Shown: in pieces, positions 38,645 through 48,036 of the stretch
Numbering within the stretch: position 1 is the first letter of the stretch
How the letters are laid out: every line of letters starts with the position of its first letter
NCBI GenBank assembly: GCA_024408565.1
Contig: JAKSUW010000003.1
Location: 2,060-66,059, forward strand
Origin: Bacilli bacterium
Lineage (GTDB): Bacteria > Bacillota_I > Bacilli_A > RFN20 > CAG-826
Length of the DNA stretch: 64,000 bases
Reading direction: 5' to 3'
Notes under the pieces: generated by a model
Databases searched by the model: none
What the model saw: the letters and a program-made list of their open reading frames with translations, nothing else
Told to the model about the DNA's origin: nothing
Translations under genes and position numbers: made by a program

Positions 38645-41229
38645 AGAAACTAATTATTATTGATGGCTATTCTTTGCTCTTCCGGGCGTATTACGCGACT
38701 GCGTATGGTGGCGTTGATACGATTATGCGGACCAAAACCGGTATTCCAACGAATGCGATTTTTGCTTTCGCGAATATGATTAATAAAATCATCGCTAACT
38801 TTAAAGGCGATGAATCTTTGTTTGTTGGTTTTGATGCTGGTGGTCCATGTTTTCGGCGGGAACAATACGCCGATTATAAAGCAAACCGCGCTCCGTGTCC
38901 TGAAGAACTTAAACAACAAATGCCAATCGTACGTGAACTACTTGATGCACTAAGCATCAAACGTTTCGAGCAAAAAGGTTTTGAAGGTGATGATATTTGT
39001 GGCTCAATCGCGAAGAAAGCCTCGGTCGCTAACTATGATGTTGCTATTTATACTAGTGACCGTGATTTCTTACAATTAGTGGATTCAAACATTCATATCG
39101 AGATTCTTAAAAAAGGGATGAGTGATATTGTTTCGGTTAACCAAAATAATATTGTTTCCTTATTTGGCTTTACCGCGAATCAATTAATTGATTTTAAAGG
39201 TTTACGCGGTGATACAAGTGATAATTTACCAGGGATTCCTGGGGTTGGTGAAAAGACCGCCACCAAACTCTTAGGTCAATATCAAAGCTTTGAAAACATT
39301 ATCGCTAACGCTGATAAAATCGGTGGTAAATTAGGTGAGAATTTAAAGACTTATCAAGCGCAAGGGGCGAAGTCAAAATTCTTAGCGACTATTAAAACTG
39401 ATGTTGATGTTCCGCTTTCCCTTGATGAATTAGCTTATCACGGTTATTCGTTTAATCTTATTAACGAGTTCTGCCAAAAGTATGAGCTAAAATCGATCCT
39501 TAATCGTTTACCGAATAAACTCAAACAAAGTAACGCCGTGAAAGTTGATTTTGTGATTGTTGATGATTTACCAGTTATTGAAGATAAAGATATTGGCGTT
39601 TATCTTAATCTTGATGGTGACAATTATCATCAAGCAACAATTAAAAGTCTTGGAATTGCGACTAAAGAAAAAACTTATATTATTTACGCTAATAAGTTAG
39701 TGGGTGCGAAAAATCTTACTACGCTATTAGAAAGTTCGGATATTAAAAAATATGTCTACGATTATAAAGCGATTAAAGTGGCACTTAATAAAATTAATCT
39801 TAAAATTAATGGCTTAGTTTTTGACTTATTATTAGCGGCTTATTTACTTGATAGTTCCCTTAAGAACGATGTTGTGAGCGTGATGAATTATTTTAATGTT
39901 GATGTTGGCCAAAAAGCGGAACCGAATTTATTAGGCGAAAATAACGATGATGACTTTGTCGCTAAATGTGCTTACCAAGTTCTTGCCTTGAACCATCGTG
40001 TGCTTGATGAATTAAACAAAGTGAGCGCCTTAAATTTATTTAATGAATTAGAGTTACCATTAGCGGATGTTCTAGCGGAGATGGAGATTGAAGGTTTCCC
40101 ATTAGACGTTCATGAATTGGACCAAATTGGTAATACCTTTAAAGAGAAACTCGCGAAGATTACTCAAGAGATTTACGCGAGTGTTGGTTTTGAATTTAAT
40201 ATTGCTTCACCAAAACAAGTCGCGGATGTCTTGTTTAATCGTTTAGCCTTACCCGCTCCGCATAACAATTCAACGAGCGTGGAGGTGCTTGAGAGCTTAA
40301 AGAATGAACATCCTGTGGTAGCGAAGATTTTAGAACACCGGAAGTACGCTAAACTTATTTCAACCTATGTCGATGCATTAAAAACGCATCTTCACGAAGA
40401 TGGAAAGATTCACGCGATGTTTAACCAAGCGCTTACGACGACTGGTCGGTTATCTAGTAGCGAACCTAACCTCCAAAACATTTCGGTGCGTGATGAAGAA
40501 GGGCGATTAATCCGGAAAGCTTTCCATTATCCGCATCAAGAATTTGCGATTCTTTCCTTTGATTATTCCCAAATTGAATTACGGATTTTAGCGGCCTTAG
40601 CTAATTCCGCTGGTTTAAAAGATATCTTTGAACATGACCGCGATATTCATACTGAGACCGCGAAGAAAGTTTTCCATTTAGACCGTGAACCTAATAGCGT
40701 TGAACGGCGAAAAGCGAAAGCGGTGAACTTTGGAATTGTCTATGGCATTAGTGAATTTGGTTTAGCGGAGGATTTAGGCATTAATCGTTTAGAAGCCCGC
40801 GAAATTATTAATAATTTCTATTCCGTTTATCCCGAAGTGAGAACATTTTTAGAAGACGTTGTCCTTAACGCGGCAAAAAATAATTATGTCGAAACTTATT
40901 TTAAACGTCGTCGCTATTTAAGAGAAATCCACGACCAAAATTATCAAGTCCGTGAATTCGCTAAGCGCGCCGCTATGAATGCACCAATTCAAGGCACCGC
41001 CGCGGATATTATTAAACTCGCGATGATTAAAGTAGCAGCGATGTTAAAAGAAAAACATTATCAGTCGCGACTCGTGTTACAAATTCATGACGAATTAATT
41101 TTTAAAGTTGTAAAAAGCGAACAAGACGCTTTGATTCACGATGTTCAAACGATTATGGAGAATCTTGATTTCCCCATTAAGTTAAAAGTCGCGATGGGCG
41201 TTGGTGATACGTGGTATGAGGCGAAATAA
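38641..41229 (+). CDS. polA: DNA polymerase I
   Basis: 5'-nuclease N-terminus, motif A DYSQIELR, motif B RRKAKAVNFGIVYG and motif C LQIHDE. ATGA overlap with dnaE. Confidence 0.95.
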   Translation: MKKLIIIDGYSLLFRAYYATAYGGVDTIMRTKTGIPTNAIFAFANMINKIIANFKGDESLFVGFDAGGPCFRREQYADYKANRAPCPEELKQQMPIVRELLDALSIKRFEQKGFEGDDICGSIAKKASVANYDVAIYTSDRDFLQLVDSNIHIEILKKGMSDIVSVNQNNIVSLFGFTANQLIDFKGLRGDTSDNLPGIPGVGEKTATKLLGQYQSFENIIANADKIGGKLGENLKTYQAQGAKSKFLATIKTDVDVPLSLDELAYHGYSFNLINEFCQKYELKSILNRLPNKLKQSNAVKVDFVIVDDLPVIEDKDIGVYLNLDGDNYHQATIKSLGIATKEKTYIIYANKLVGAKNLTTLLESSDIKKYVYDYKAIKVALNKINLKINGLVFDLLLAAYLLDSSLKNDVVSVMNYFNVDVGQKAEPNLLGENNDDDFVAKCAYQVLALNHRVLDELNKVSALNLFNELELPLADVLAEMEIEGFPLDVHELDQIGNTFKEKLAKITQEIYASVGFEFNIASPKQVADVLFNRLALPAPHNNSTSVEVLESLKNEHPVVAKILEHRKYAKLISTYVDALKTHLHEDGKIHAMFNQALTTTGRLSSSEPNLQNISVRDEEGRLIRKAFHYPHQEFAILSFDYSQIELRILAALANSAGLKDIFEHDRDIHTETAKKVFHLDREPNSVERRKAKAVNFGIVYGISEFGLAEDLGINRLEAREIINNFYSVYPEVRTFLEDVVLNAAKNNYVETYFKRRRYLREIHDQNYQVREFAKRAAMNAPIQGTAADIIKLAMIKVAAMLKEKHYQSRLVLQIHDELIFKVVKSEQDALIHDVQTIMENLDFPIKLKVAMGVGDTWYEAK

Positions 41230-41231
41230 TT

Positions 41232-42593
41232 ATGCCAGAACTTCCCGAAGTTGAAACCGTTGTTCGTGCCTTAAATCATAGTATCAAAGGGCGGACCTTT
41301 AAGGATGTGATTGTTTACCATAAAAACATCATTGAAGGTAACGAAAAGACCTTTATTGCGGGCATTAAAAACAAGACCATTAACGCGATTAAGCGGCGGG
41401 GTAAGTTTTTAATTTTTGATTTGACTGGTCCTAATGTCATGATTGCGCATTTACGGATGGAAGGTAAATTTATTCCTGCGAAAACTATTAAAGATAAAAC
41501 GAAATACGCGCGGATTATTTTTACTTTCAAAGATGGCAGTATCCTTAACTTTGACGATTCACGTTGCTTCGGTTTTCTTACTTTACGTGATAAAAAGAAT
41601 TACCAAAATGTTTTGCCATTAGCGAAAGTGGGGGTTGAGGCGATTGACCCGAAACTTAATGTCAATCAAGTTTACAAAATGATTCACGCTTCAAAGCGGA
41701 ATATTAAAGAGACCTTATTAGACCAAAGCATTGTTTCGGGATTAGGAAATATTTATGTCGACGAAACTCTTTTTCAAGCTAAAATCTCGCCGTTAAGCAA
41801 AGCTTATCTATTAAGTAAAGACGATGTTAAACGGATTTTAAAATGTGCGAATACAATTCTTCATTTAGCCATTAAACATAATGGCACAACGGTTAGCACT
41901 TTCTATTGGGAAAAAGGTCACACGGGTGGTTTTCAAAAATATCTAAAAGCGTACGGACGAAAAGGAAAGCCATGTGTTAATTGTGGGAGCCCCTTAGTGA
42001 AAATTAAAGTCGGTGGACGTGGTACGACCTATTGTCCGCATTGCCAAAAACGGAAGAGTGATCATTATGTGATTGGGATTACTGGTCCTATTAGTGTAGG
42101 TAAATCAACCGCTTTAAAGGTATTTAAAGATAATGGTTATCTTACTTATTCCTCTGATGAAGTGGTAAGTCGTTTATACCAAAAGCCATTAGTCAAAGAA
42201 AAACTCAATCGTTTATTTAAAACAAATAATAAAGATCAGATTCGTTCACTAGTGAGTAAATCACCCGCGAAACTGCGCGCTTTAAATCATTTGCTACATC
42301 CATTAGTGAAGGAAGACTTACGTATGTATCTAACTACTCATCAAGGCAATATCGCCGTGGAAATACCTTTATTATTTCAGGCTGACTTTACTGATTTAGT
42401 TGATGAAACTTTACTCATTTTAAGTGAACAAAATACGCGTTTTATCAAAGTGCGTGGAGCGAAAGCTTCTATCCAATTACAAATTAACGCGGCCGCGACT
42501 TTTAAAGCTTATATTCGTCACGCCACTTACCTAATTAATAACGACGCGTCTAAAGCGAAGTTTATTAATCAAGTAAAGAAAATTATTCACTAA
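41232..42593 (+). CDS. fusion protein: formamidopyrimidine-DNA glycosylase (Fpg/MutM) plus dephospho-CoA kinase (CoaE)
   Basis: N-terminal MPELPEVE and a zinc finger CVNCGS...CPHCQ end near aa 272. HYVIGITGPISVGKST (P-loop) then opens a CoaE-like module of about 175 aa in the same frame. Confidence 0.8.
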   Translation: MPELPEVETVVRALNHSIKGRTFKDVIVYHKNIIEGNEKTFIAGIKNKTINAIKRRGKFLIFDLTGPNVMIAHLRMEGKFIPAKTIKDKTKYARIIFTFKDGSILNFDDSRCFGFLTLRDKKNYQNVLPLAKVGVEAIDPKLNVNQVYKMIHASKRNIKETLLDQSIVSGLGNIYVDETLFQAKISPLSKAYLLSKDDVKRILKCANTILHLAIKHNGTTVSTFYWEKGHTGGFQKYLKAYGRKGKPCVNCGSPLVKIKVGGRGTTYCPHCQKRKSDHYVIGITGPISVGKSTALKVFKDNGYLTYSSDEVVSRLYQKPLVKEKLNRLFKTNNKDQIRSLVSKSPAKLRALNHLLHPLVKEDLRMYLTTHQGNIAVEIPLLFQADFTDLVDETLLILSEQNTRFIKVRGAKASIQLQINAAATFKAYIRHATYLINNDASKAKFINQVKKIIH

Positions 42594-42670
42594 AAATATA
42601 TTTATAAATAAATATAAAAAAATATTCGCGTTTTTTCTTGCGTCTATCTCGTATATATAACTAGAAGGAG

Positions 42671-43837
42671 ATGACGCATTTACTGATGATAAACGAAGCA
42701 AAATTTATTTGTCCGCGTTGTGGGAATAAAGATTCGCGCTATTTTGGTTACCGAAATGGCCATGTTTATTGTCGCTTATGCGTCACCTTCCAAGGCAAGG
42801 AGGTGGGCGATTATGCCATAGAAGATCGACACACCGAAGCTAGCCTTACCTACCCATTATCACCGGCGCAGAAAGTGATTGCGGATCAAATTTTGCACAA
42901 CTATGAAGTGAATAAGTCAACGCTTATTCATGCGGTTTGTGGGAGTGGTAAGACTGAGCTCGTGTATCAAGTGATAAGCGCTAGTTTAAGCGCTGGAAAA
43001 CACGTGGGGTTTGCGGTGCCACGCCGTGAAGTCGTGATTGATTTATATCCGCGGTTTAAAGGCGCGTTTCCCGACCGTAATGTCGTGGCGGTGTATGGTG
43101 GTCATACCGAAAGTTTAACGGGTGATATTATTTTATTAACCACGCATCAACTCTACCGCTACCGCCAATATTTTGATTTATTAATTCTAGACGAAATTGA
43201 TGCTTTTCCGTTTAAAGATAGCACCTTACTCATTAATTTATTTCATCAAGCGGTGAAAGGTTCATTTGTCATGATGAGCGCTACGCCACCTGATGAAGTA
43301 GTAAATTATTTTAGAAGTCGTAATTTACCAATCTTAGCTTTGCACACTCGTTATCACCAACATCCATTGCCAGTTCCACTAGTGAAGATTCGGGTTGGTT
43401 ATTTTAAAATCTTTTATTTAATCAAGATGATTAAACGCTATACACGCGACCATAAACAAGTGATGATCTTTGCGCCAACGATTGATGAATGTGAAGAAGT
43501 TTATCATTTATTACATTTATTTTTACGTCATGGGGCGTATGTTCATTCGCGTTGTGAGAGACGGGTGGATATTATTCGTCGTTTTAAAAATCATGAATTT
43601 AATTATTTATTGACCACCTCTGTCTTAGAACGGGGTGTCACGATTAAAGATGTCCAAGTGATTATTTATCACGCTGATCACAATATGTATCAAAAAGGCG
43701 TCCTCATTCAAATTGCCGGACGCGTCGGGCGAAAAATCGACGCTCCGACTGGAGAAGTTATTTTCTTAGCCAATAAAAAGACAAGCGCTATGACGGAGGC
43801 CATTAAAGCGATTCAATATGACAACTCGTTTTTGTAA
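42671..43837 (+). CDS. comFA: ComFA-like DEAD/DEAH-box helicase
   Basis: Zinc-ribbon CPRCGN...CRLC, Walker A CGSGKTE, a DEID box and a helicase C-terminal domain. The start could be 42686. Confidence 0.8.
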   Translation: MTHLLMINEAKFICPRCGNKDSRYFGYRNGHVYCRLCVTFQGKEVGDYAIEDRHTEASLTYPLSPAQKVIADQILHNYEVNKSTLIHAVCGSGKTELVYQVISASLSAGKHVGFAVPRREVVIDLYPRFKGAFPDRNVVAVYGGHTESLTGDIILLTTHQLYRYRQYFDLLILDEIDAFPFKDSTLLINLFHQAVKGSFVMMSATPPDEVVNYFRSRNLPILALHTRYHQHPLPVPLVKIRVGYFKIFYLIKMIKRYTRDHKQVMIFAPTIDECEEVYHLLHLFLRHGAYVHSRCERRVDIIRRFKNHEFNYLLTTSVLERGVTIKDVQVIIYHADHNMYQKGVLIQIAGRVGRKIDAPTGEVIFLANKKTSAMTEAIKAIQYDNSFL

Positions 43838-44432
43838 AGCGTGCTTTGCGCCAATAAAAATTAATTCATTACATGCGCTCCTTGATCCTTCGCTTTGTTT
43901 ATGTGATCGCTGTTTAAAAACATTAGCGCCAAAAATCGTCACAAAAAAAGTTGATGGGGTAAAAGGGATGTATCTATTTCCTTATAACGAAGCAATCAAA
44001 GAAAAGATTTATACGCTTAAAGGGTGTGGTGATATTGAACTTGCTAATATTTTCTTAACTTATTATCGCTATGATTTAAAGAATCGCTTCCGGGGCTACA
44101 TCATAGTTAGAGCGCCCAGTAACATTGAAGCCGACCAAGCTCGTGAATTTAATCATGTCGAAGAAATATTTAAATCACTAGGTCTACCAATTCTTAATCT
44201 AATTAAAAAACGGATTGCCTTTAAACAATCCGATTTAAATAGAGCGGAACGAGAACAAGTGGGTGAGAAATTAATGGTGGAAGATATCGCGAAGATTTAT
44301 CATAAGAAAGTATTATTCGTCGATGATATCTCAACAAGTGGTTCAACTTTAAGAGCGTGTCTAGCGCTGATAAAAAAAGGACAACCAAGACGGATTAGGT
44401 TCTTGGTTGTCGCTAAGGTCGAAGCTAAGTAA
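43818..44432 (+). CDS. comFC: ComFC-like phosphoribosyltransferase-domain protein
   Basis: N-terminal Cys pairs (CKAC...CDRC) and the PRTase motif VLFVDDISTSGSTL. Confidence 0.8.
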   Translation: MTTRFCKACFAPIKINSLHALLDPSLCLCDRCLKTLAPKIVTKKVDGVKGMYLFPYNEAIKEKIYTLKGCGDIELANIFLTYYRYDLKNRFRGYIIVRAPSNIEADQAREFNHVEEIFKSLGLPILNLIKKRIAFKQSDLNRAEREQVGEKLMVEDIAKIYHKKVLFVDDISTSGSTLRACLALIKKGQPRRIRFLVVAKVEAK

Positions 44433-44433
44433 A

Positions 44434-44568
44434 TTAGCGTCTAGCCTTTTTCTTGCAATGGCATTTCTTGCCGCTGCACTTTTTAGCTGCTTTTTTCGCT
44501 GGTTTCTTGGCGGCCTTTTTGGCGACCTTTTTAACCGCTTTTTTCTTTGCAACTTTTTTCTTTGCCAT
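44434..44568 (-). CDS. unlisted 44-aa Lys/Ala-rich basic protein with a C-terminal Cys/His cluster
   Basis: The reverse strand reads AAGGAG, 7 nt, then ATG GCA AAG..., giving MAKKKVAKKKAVKKVAKKAAKKPAKKAAKKCSGKKCHCKKKARR*. Its own promoter TTGATA-N17-TATGGT (44624->44596) lies upstream. It is too short for the 60-aa ORF track. Confidence 0.6.
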   Translation of the reverse strand: MAKKKVAKKKAVKKVAKKAAKKPAKKAAKKCSGKKCHCKKKARR

Positions 44569-44753
44569 AAAATTTCTCCTTTTATGTACATAAACACCAT
44601 AACAAGAATTTCGCGAGATATCAAAGAAAATTTTATATTTTTTTCTAGTCAGTGTTTAGTTTTTGTAGTTATCAAAAAGAATTAACTAAGTATTTTAGCG
44701 AAACTTTTGTTGTAATAAAATTACAAATAATATAAAATTGTTAGGCACAATTT

Positions 44754-47195
44754 ATGGCAAATATCATCGAAAAAATATTTCGCATCGACCATCATGTCCA
44801 GAAGCGTTATGAACGCCAAGCGATGAAAGTTTTAGCCTACGAAGAAACGATGGCGAAACTCTCGGATGAAGCCTTACGCGCTAAGACGGATGCTTTTCGT
44901 GCGGCTTTAAAAAATGGCAAAACACTCGAAGATATAAAGTACGAAGCCTTTGCGGTCGCTCGCGAAGCGGCGAAACGGACATTAGGTCAATTCCCGTTTA
45001 AAGTCCAAGTCATGGGCGCTTTAGTGCTTCATGATGGCGACGTCGCCGAGATGCGGACTGGTGAAGGTAAAACTTTAACCGCGACAATGGCGGTCTATTT
45101 AAATGCGCTTGAAGGAAAAGGTACGCACGTTGTTACCGTGAACGAATATCTCGCGAGTCGTGACGCAGACTGGATGGGACAAATTTATCGTTTCCTTGGT
45201 TTAACTGTTGGCGTGAATTTACGCGAAAAATCACCGAGCGAAAAACAAGAGGCGTATTTATGTGATATTACCTATACTACCAATAGTGAATTAGGTTTTG
45301 ATTATCTCCGTGATAACATGGTGCAAAACGTGAAACAACGGGTGCTTCGTGGTTTACACTTTGCGATTGTCGATGAAGCGGACTCAATCTTAGTTGATGA
45401 AAGCCGCACGCCATTAATTATTAGTGGTGGACAAAAAGCGACGCCTAGTCAATATACGGTCGCGGACCGGTTTGTGAAAACCTTACGAAAAGAAAAAGAT
45501 TTCACCATTGATATCAAAGATAAGACTTGTAGTTTAACCGATGAAGGTAGTAAAAAAGCGGAACGGATGTTTGGGATTCGGAATCTCTATGATCCCGAAT
45601 ACGCTGATTTAGTGCACCGGATTCACCAAGCCCTAAAAGCGAACTACATTATGATGCGTGATGTTGAATATATGGTGGATAGTGACCGCCAAATTCAATT
45701 AATCGATCAATTTACGGGTCGGATTTTAAAGGGTCGTGAATATAGCGACGGTCTTCACCAAGCGATTCAAGCGAAAGAAAATGTTGATATTAAAACTGAG
45801 ACCATTACCTTAGCTACGATTACTTATCAAAACTTCTTCCGGCTTTATAAAAAGATGGCGGGTATGACTGGTACCGCGAAAACTGAGGAAGAAGAATTCC
45901 AAAAGATTTATAACATGCGGGTCACTTGTATTCCCACTAATAAACCTGTGATTCGGGAAGACGCGATTGATTATGTCTACGCTCACAAAGGACCAAAACT
46001 TCAAGCGTTACTTAAAGAAGTCTATGAACGTCACGAAAAAGGTCAACCAATTCTAATTGGTACAACGTCAGTGGAAAGTAGTGAAGAGATTGCCAAGCTC
46101 CTTGATACGAAAGGTTTAAAATACGAAGTCTTAAACGCGAAGAACCACGCTCGCGAAGCGGAGATTATTTCGCATGCCGGTGAAAAAGGTCAAATCACGG
46201 TCGCCACGAACATGGCTGGTCGTGGTACCGATATTAAATTAGGTCCTGGTGTTGTGGAATTAGGTGGCTTATGTGTCTTTGGGACCGAACGTCACGAAGC
46301 GCGCCGAATTGATAACCAGTTACGGGGCCGGAGTGGTCGGCAAGGTGACCCCGGTTTCTCGCGTTTCTATGTTTCGCTTGACGATGATTTAATGCGCCGG
46401 TTTGCGAATGAACGGATGGTGAAATATTTCGAAAGTCTTGGCACGGAAGCGTTAGAGTCAGCGATGGTAATGAACGTAATTACTAGCGCCCAAAAACAAA
46501 TCGAAGGCAAGAACTTTGATATTCGGAAGAACTTACTTGATTATGATGATGTCCTTGCTAAACAACGGGAAATCATTTATAAAAAGCGTGACCGGATTTT
46601 ATTTAGTAAAGATATTGCTGATATCATTAATGAATTCTTTAAAACCGCTGGGATGGCGATTGCGAAAAAATCCGTGGCCGCCGATAGTCACGAAAAATTG
46701 ATTAGTGCGGCACTTTTAAAGAAAGAACTTGAGCCCCGTTTCTTACCCGAAAACGCGATTAAAGTGCAAGCCTTTGAAGAGGCGCCGATGGAAGAAGCTG
46801 GACCTGATTTAAGTGATGTCTTATATGACCGTTATTTAAAACGTCGGAAAGAGTGGGGCGAAGAGATTGCTTCGCAAGTGGAAAGACAAATCACGCTTCA
46901 AACGCTTGACCAAGGTTGGACAAAACACATTGACGCGATGGCGAGTTTCCGTGAATCAGTGCATCTCCGTGGTTACGCTAACACTAACCCCTTACAAGAC
47001 TACGTGAACGAAGGCTACCAAATGTTCCGTGAAATGTTAGAGACCGTTTCCCTTGATATTGCGCATAAATTGTTGAATGTAATTATTCATATTAAAACCC
47101 CGGAAGAAATTGCTAGAGATAAAGCCGAATACGAAAAGAGACGGCAAGCCGCGATTGATGCAAAAGCTAAAGACCATAAAGACGATACTAAATAA
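44754..47195 (+). CDS. secA: preprotein translocase ATPase SecA
   Basis: MRTGEGKTL Walker A, a DEAD-like VDEADSILVDE box and 813 aa. Confidence 0.95.
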   Translation: MANIIEKIFRIDHHVQKRYERQAMKVLAYEETMAKLSDEALRAKTDAFRAALKNGKTLEDIKYEAFAVAREAAKRTLGQFPFKVQVMGALVLHDGDVAEMRTGEGKTLTATMAVYLNALEGKGTHVVTVNEYLASRDADWMGQIYRFLGLTVGVNLREKSPSEKQEAYLCDITYTTNSELGFDYLRDNMVQNVKQRVLRGLHFAIVDEADSILVDESRTPLIISGGQKATPSQYTVADRFVKTLRKEKDFTIDIKDKTCSLTDEGSKKAERMFGIRNLYDPEYADLVHRIHQALKANYIMMRDVEYMVDSDRQIQLIDQFTGRILKGREYSDGLHQAIQAKENVDIKTETITLATITYQNFFRLYKKMAGMTGTAKTEEEEFQKIYNMRVTCIPTNKPVIREDAIDYVYAHKGPKLQALLKEVYERHEKGQPILIGTTSVESSEEIAKLLDTKGLKYEVLNAKNHAREAEIISHAGEKGQITVATNMAGRGTDIKLGPGVVELGGLCVFGTERHEARRIDNQLRGRSGRQGDPGFSRFYVSLDDDLMRRFANERMVKYFESLGTEALESAMVMNVITSAQKQIEGKNFDIRKNLLDYDDVLAKQREIIYKKRDRILFSKDIADIINEFFKTAGMAIAKKSVAADSHEKLISAALLKKELEPRFLPENAIKVQAFEEAPMEEAGPDLSDVLYDRYLKRRKEWGEEIASQVERQITLQTLDQGWTKHIDAMASFRESVHLRGYANTNPLQDYVNEGYQMFREMLETVSLDIAHKLLNVIIHIKTPEEIARDKAEYEKRRQAAIDAKAKDHKDDTK

Positions 47196-47267
47196 TTAAA
47201 TTATTTTTCGTGATTTGTTCCCACTTTTCTAATTTACTGATATAAAATATAACCGAAGGAGAGAAAT

Positions 47268-47498
47268 ATGATTAGCAAAGATTTTACTTGGTTTGTGAAA
47301 AATTATAAAAAACTTTTCAATAAATATGGCTCCTGTTTTTTAGCGATTAAGAACGCGAAAGTTATTGGCGTATATAGTTCTTACGTCGAAGGTGTCAAGG
47401 AAACACAAAAAACTGAAAAAATCGGCACTTTTATTATTCAACAAACCGGTCGTGATAAATCTTGTTACACCAATTATATTTCGTCAATGTGCTTTTAA
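47268..47498 (+). CDS. hypothetical 76-aa protein (first gene of the secA/prfB insertion)
   Basis: GAAGGAG lies 8 nt upstream of the ATG. No motif recognised with confidence. Confidence 0.55.
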   Translation: MISKDFTWFVKNYKKLFNKYGSCFLAIKNAKVIGVYSSYVEGVKETQKTEKIGTFIIQQTGRDKSCYTNYISSMCF

Positions 47499-47968
47499 AC
47501 GATGGCGAGTTTTACCACCAAATATCCCTTTATAGTTATAAACTCATTAATCAAATATCCATAATTAGCAATGGTAAATCTTTGTCTTGCTATGCGTTAT
47601 GGGACACTGGTGCGTCCTGCACTTGTATTTCTAATACATTGGTAAGTAATTTAAAGCTAATCCCCACGAGTCAGGCAATTATGCAGACGCCAAACGGTTC
47701 CTCAATTGTTAATCGATATTTAGTCGACATTGTTCTACCGAACCGAGTGATAAAAAAAGATGTTATTGTTTGCGAATCGAAAATTAAAAGTCAAGGGTTT
47801 GATGTCTTGATCGGAATGGATATTATTACTAGTGGCGATCTTTCAGTTAGCAATTTTGGCAAAACCGTTTTTTCTTTTCGCATCCCTTCGCAAGAAACCA
47901 CTGATTACGTTCATCAAGAGCGATTAAAAAGAATCATTGGTCCTAAACACGGTAAAGGCAAAAAATAA
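47462..47968 (+). CDS. retropepsin-like (clan AA) aspartic protease
   Basis: The active-site block ALWDTGASCTCIS and the downstream DVLIGMDII are typical of bacterial retropepsin-like proteases. The start is uncertain (TTG 47462 or GTG 47489). There is no SD, and it overlaps the upstream ORF in the -1 frame. Confidence 0.65.
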   Translation: MLHQLYFVNVLLNDGEFYHQISLYSYKLINQISIISNGKSLSCYALWDTGASCTCISNTLVSNLKLIPTSQAIMQTPNGSSIVNRYLVDIVLPNRVIKKDVIVCESKIKSQGFDVLIGMDIITSGDLSVSNFGKTVFSFRIPSQETTDYVHQERLKRIIGPKHGKGKK

Positions 47969-48036
47969 TAATTTTCGCTCTCGAAAATAAAAATCAGTAA
48001 AATATAGAATGAAGTTGAGAATAAAAAGGAATAAAG

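Noticed and set aside
44361-44685. Track ORFs 44361..44624 (minus) and 44407..44685 (plus)
   Set aside because: They are low-complexity frame shadows of the poly-Lys/Ala gene at 44434..44568. They lack an RBS, and one runs antisense into comFC.
47460-47498. Programmed -1 ribosomal frameshift fusing the 76-aa ORF to the retropepsin-like protease (gag-pro style)
   Set aside because: The frames are in the right -1 relationship, but the overlap contains no X-XXY-YYZ slippery heptamer and no obvious downstream structure. Translational coupling from GTG 47489 or TTG 47462 is simpler.
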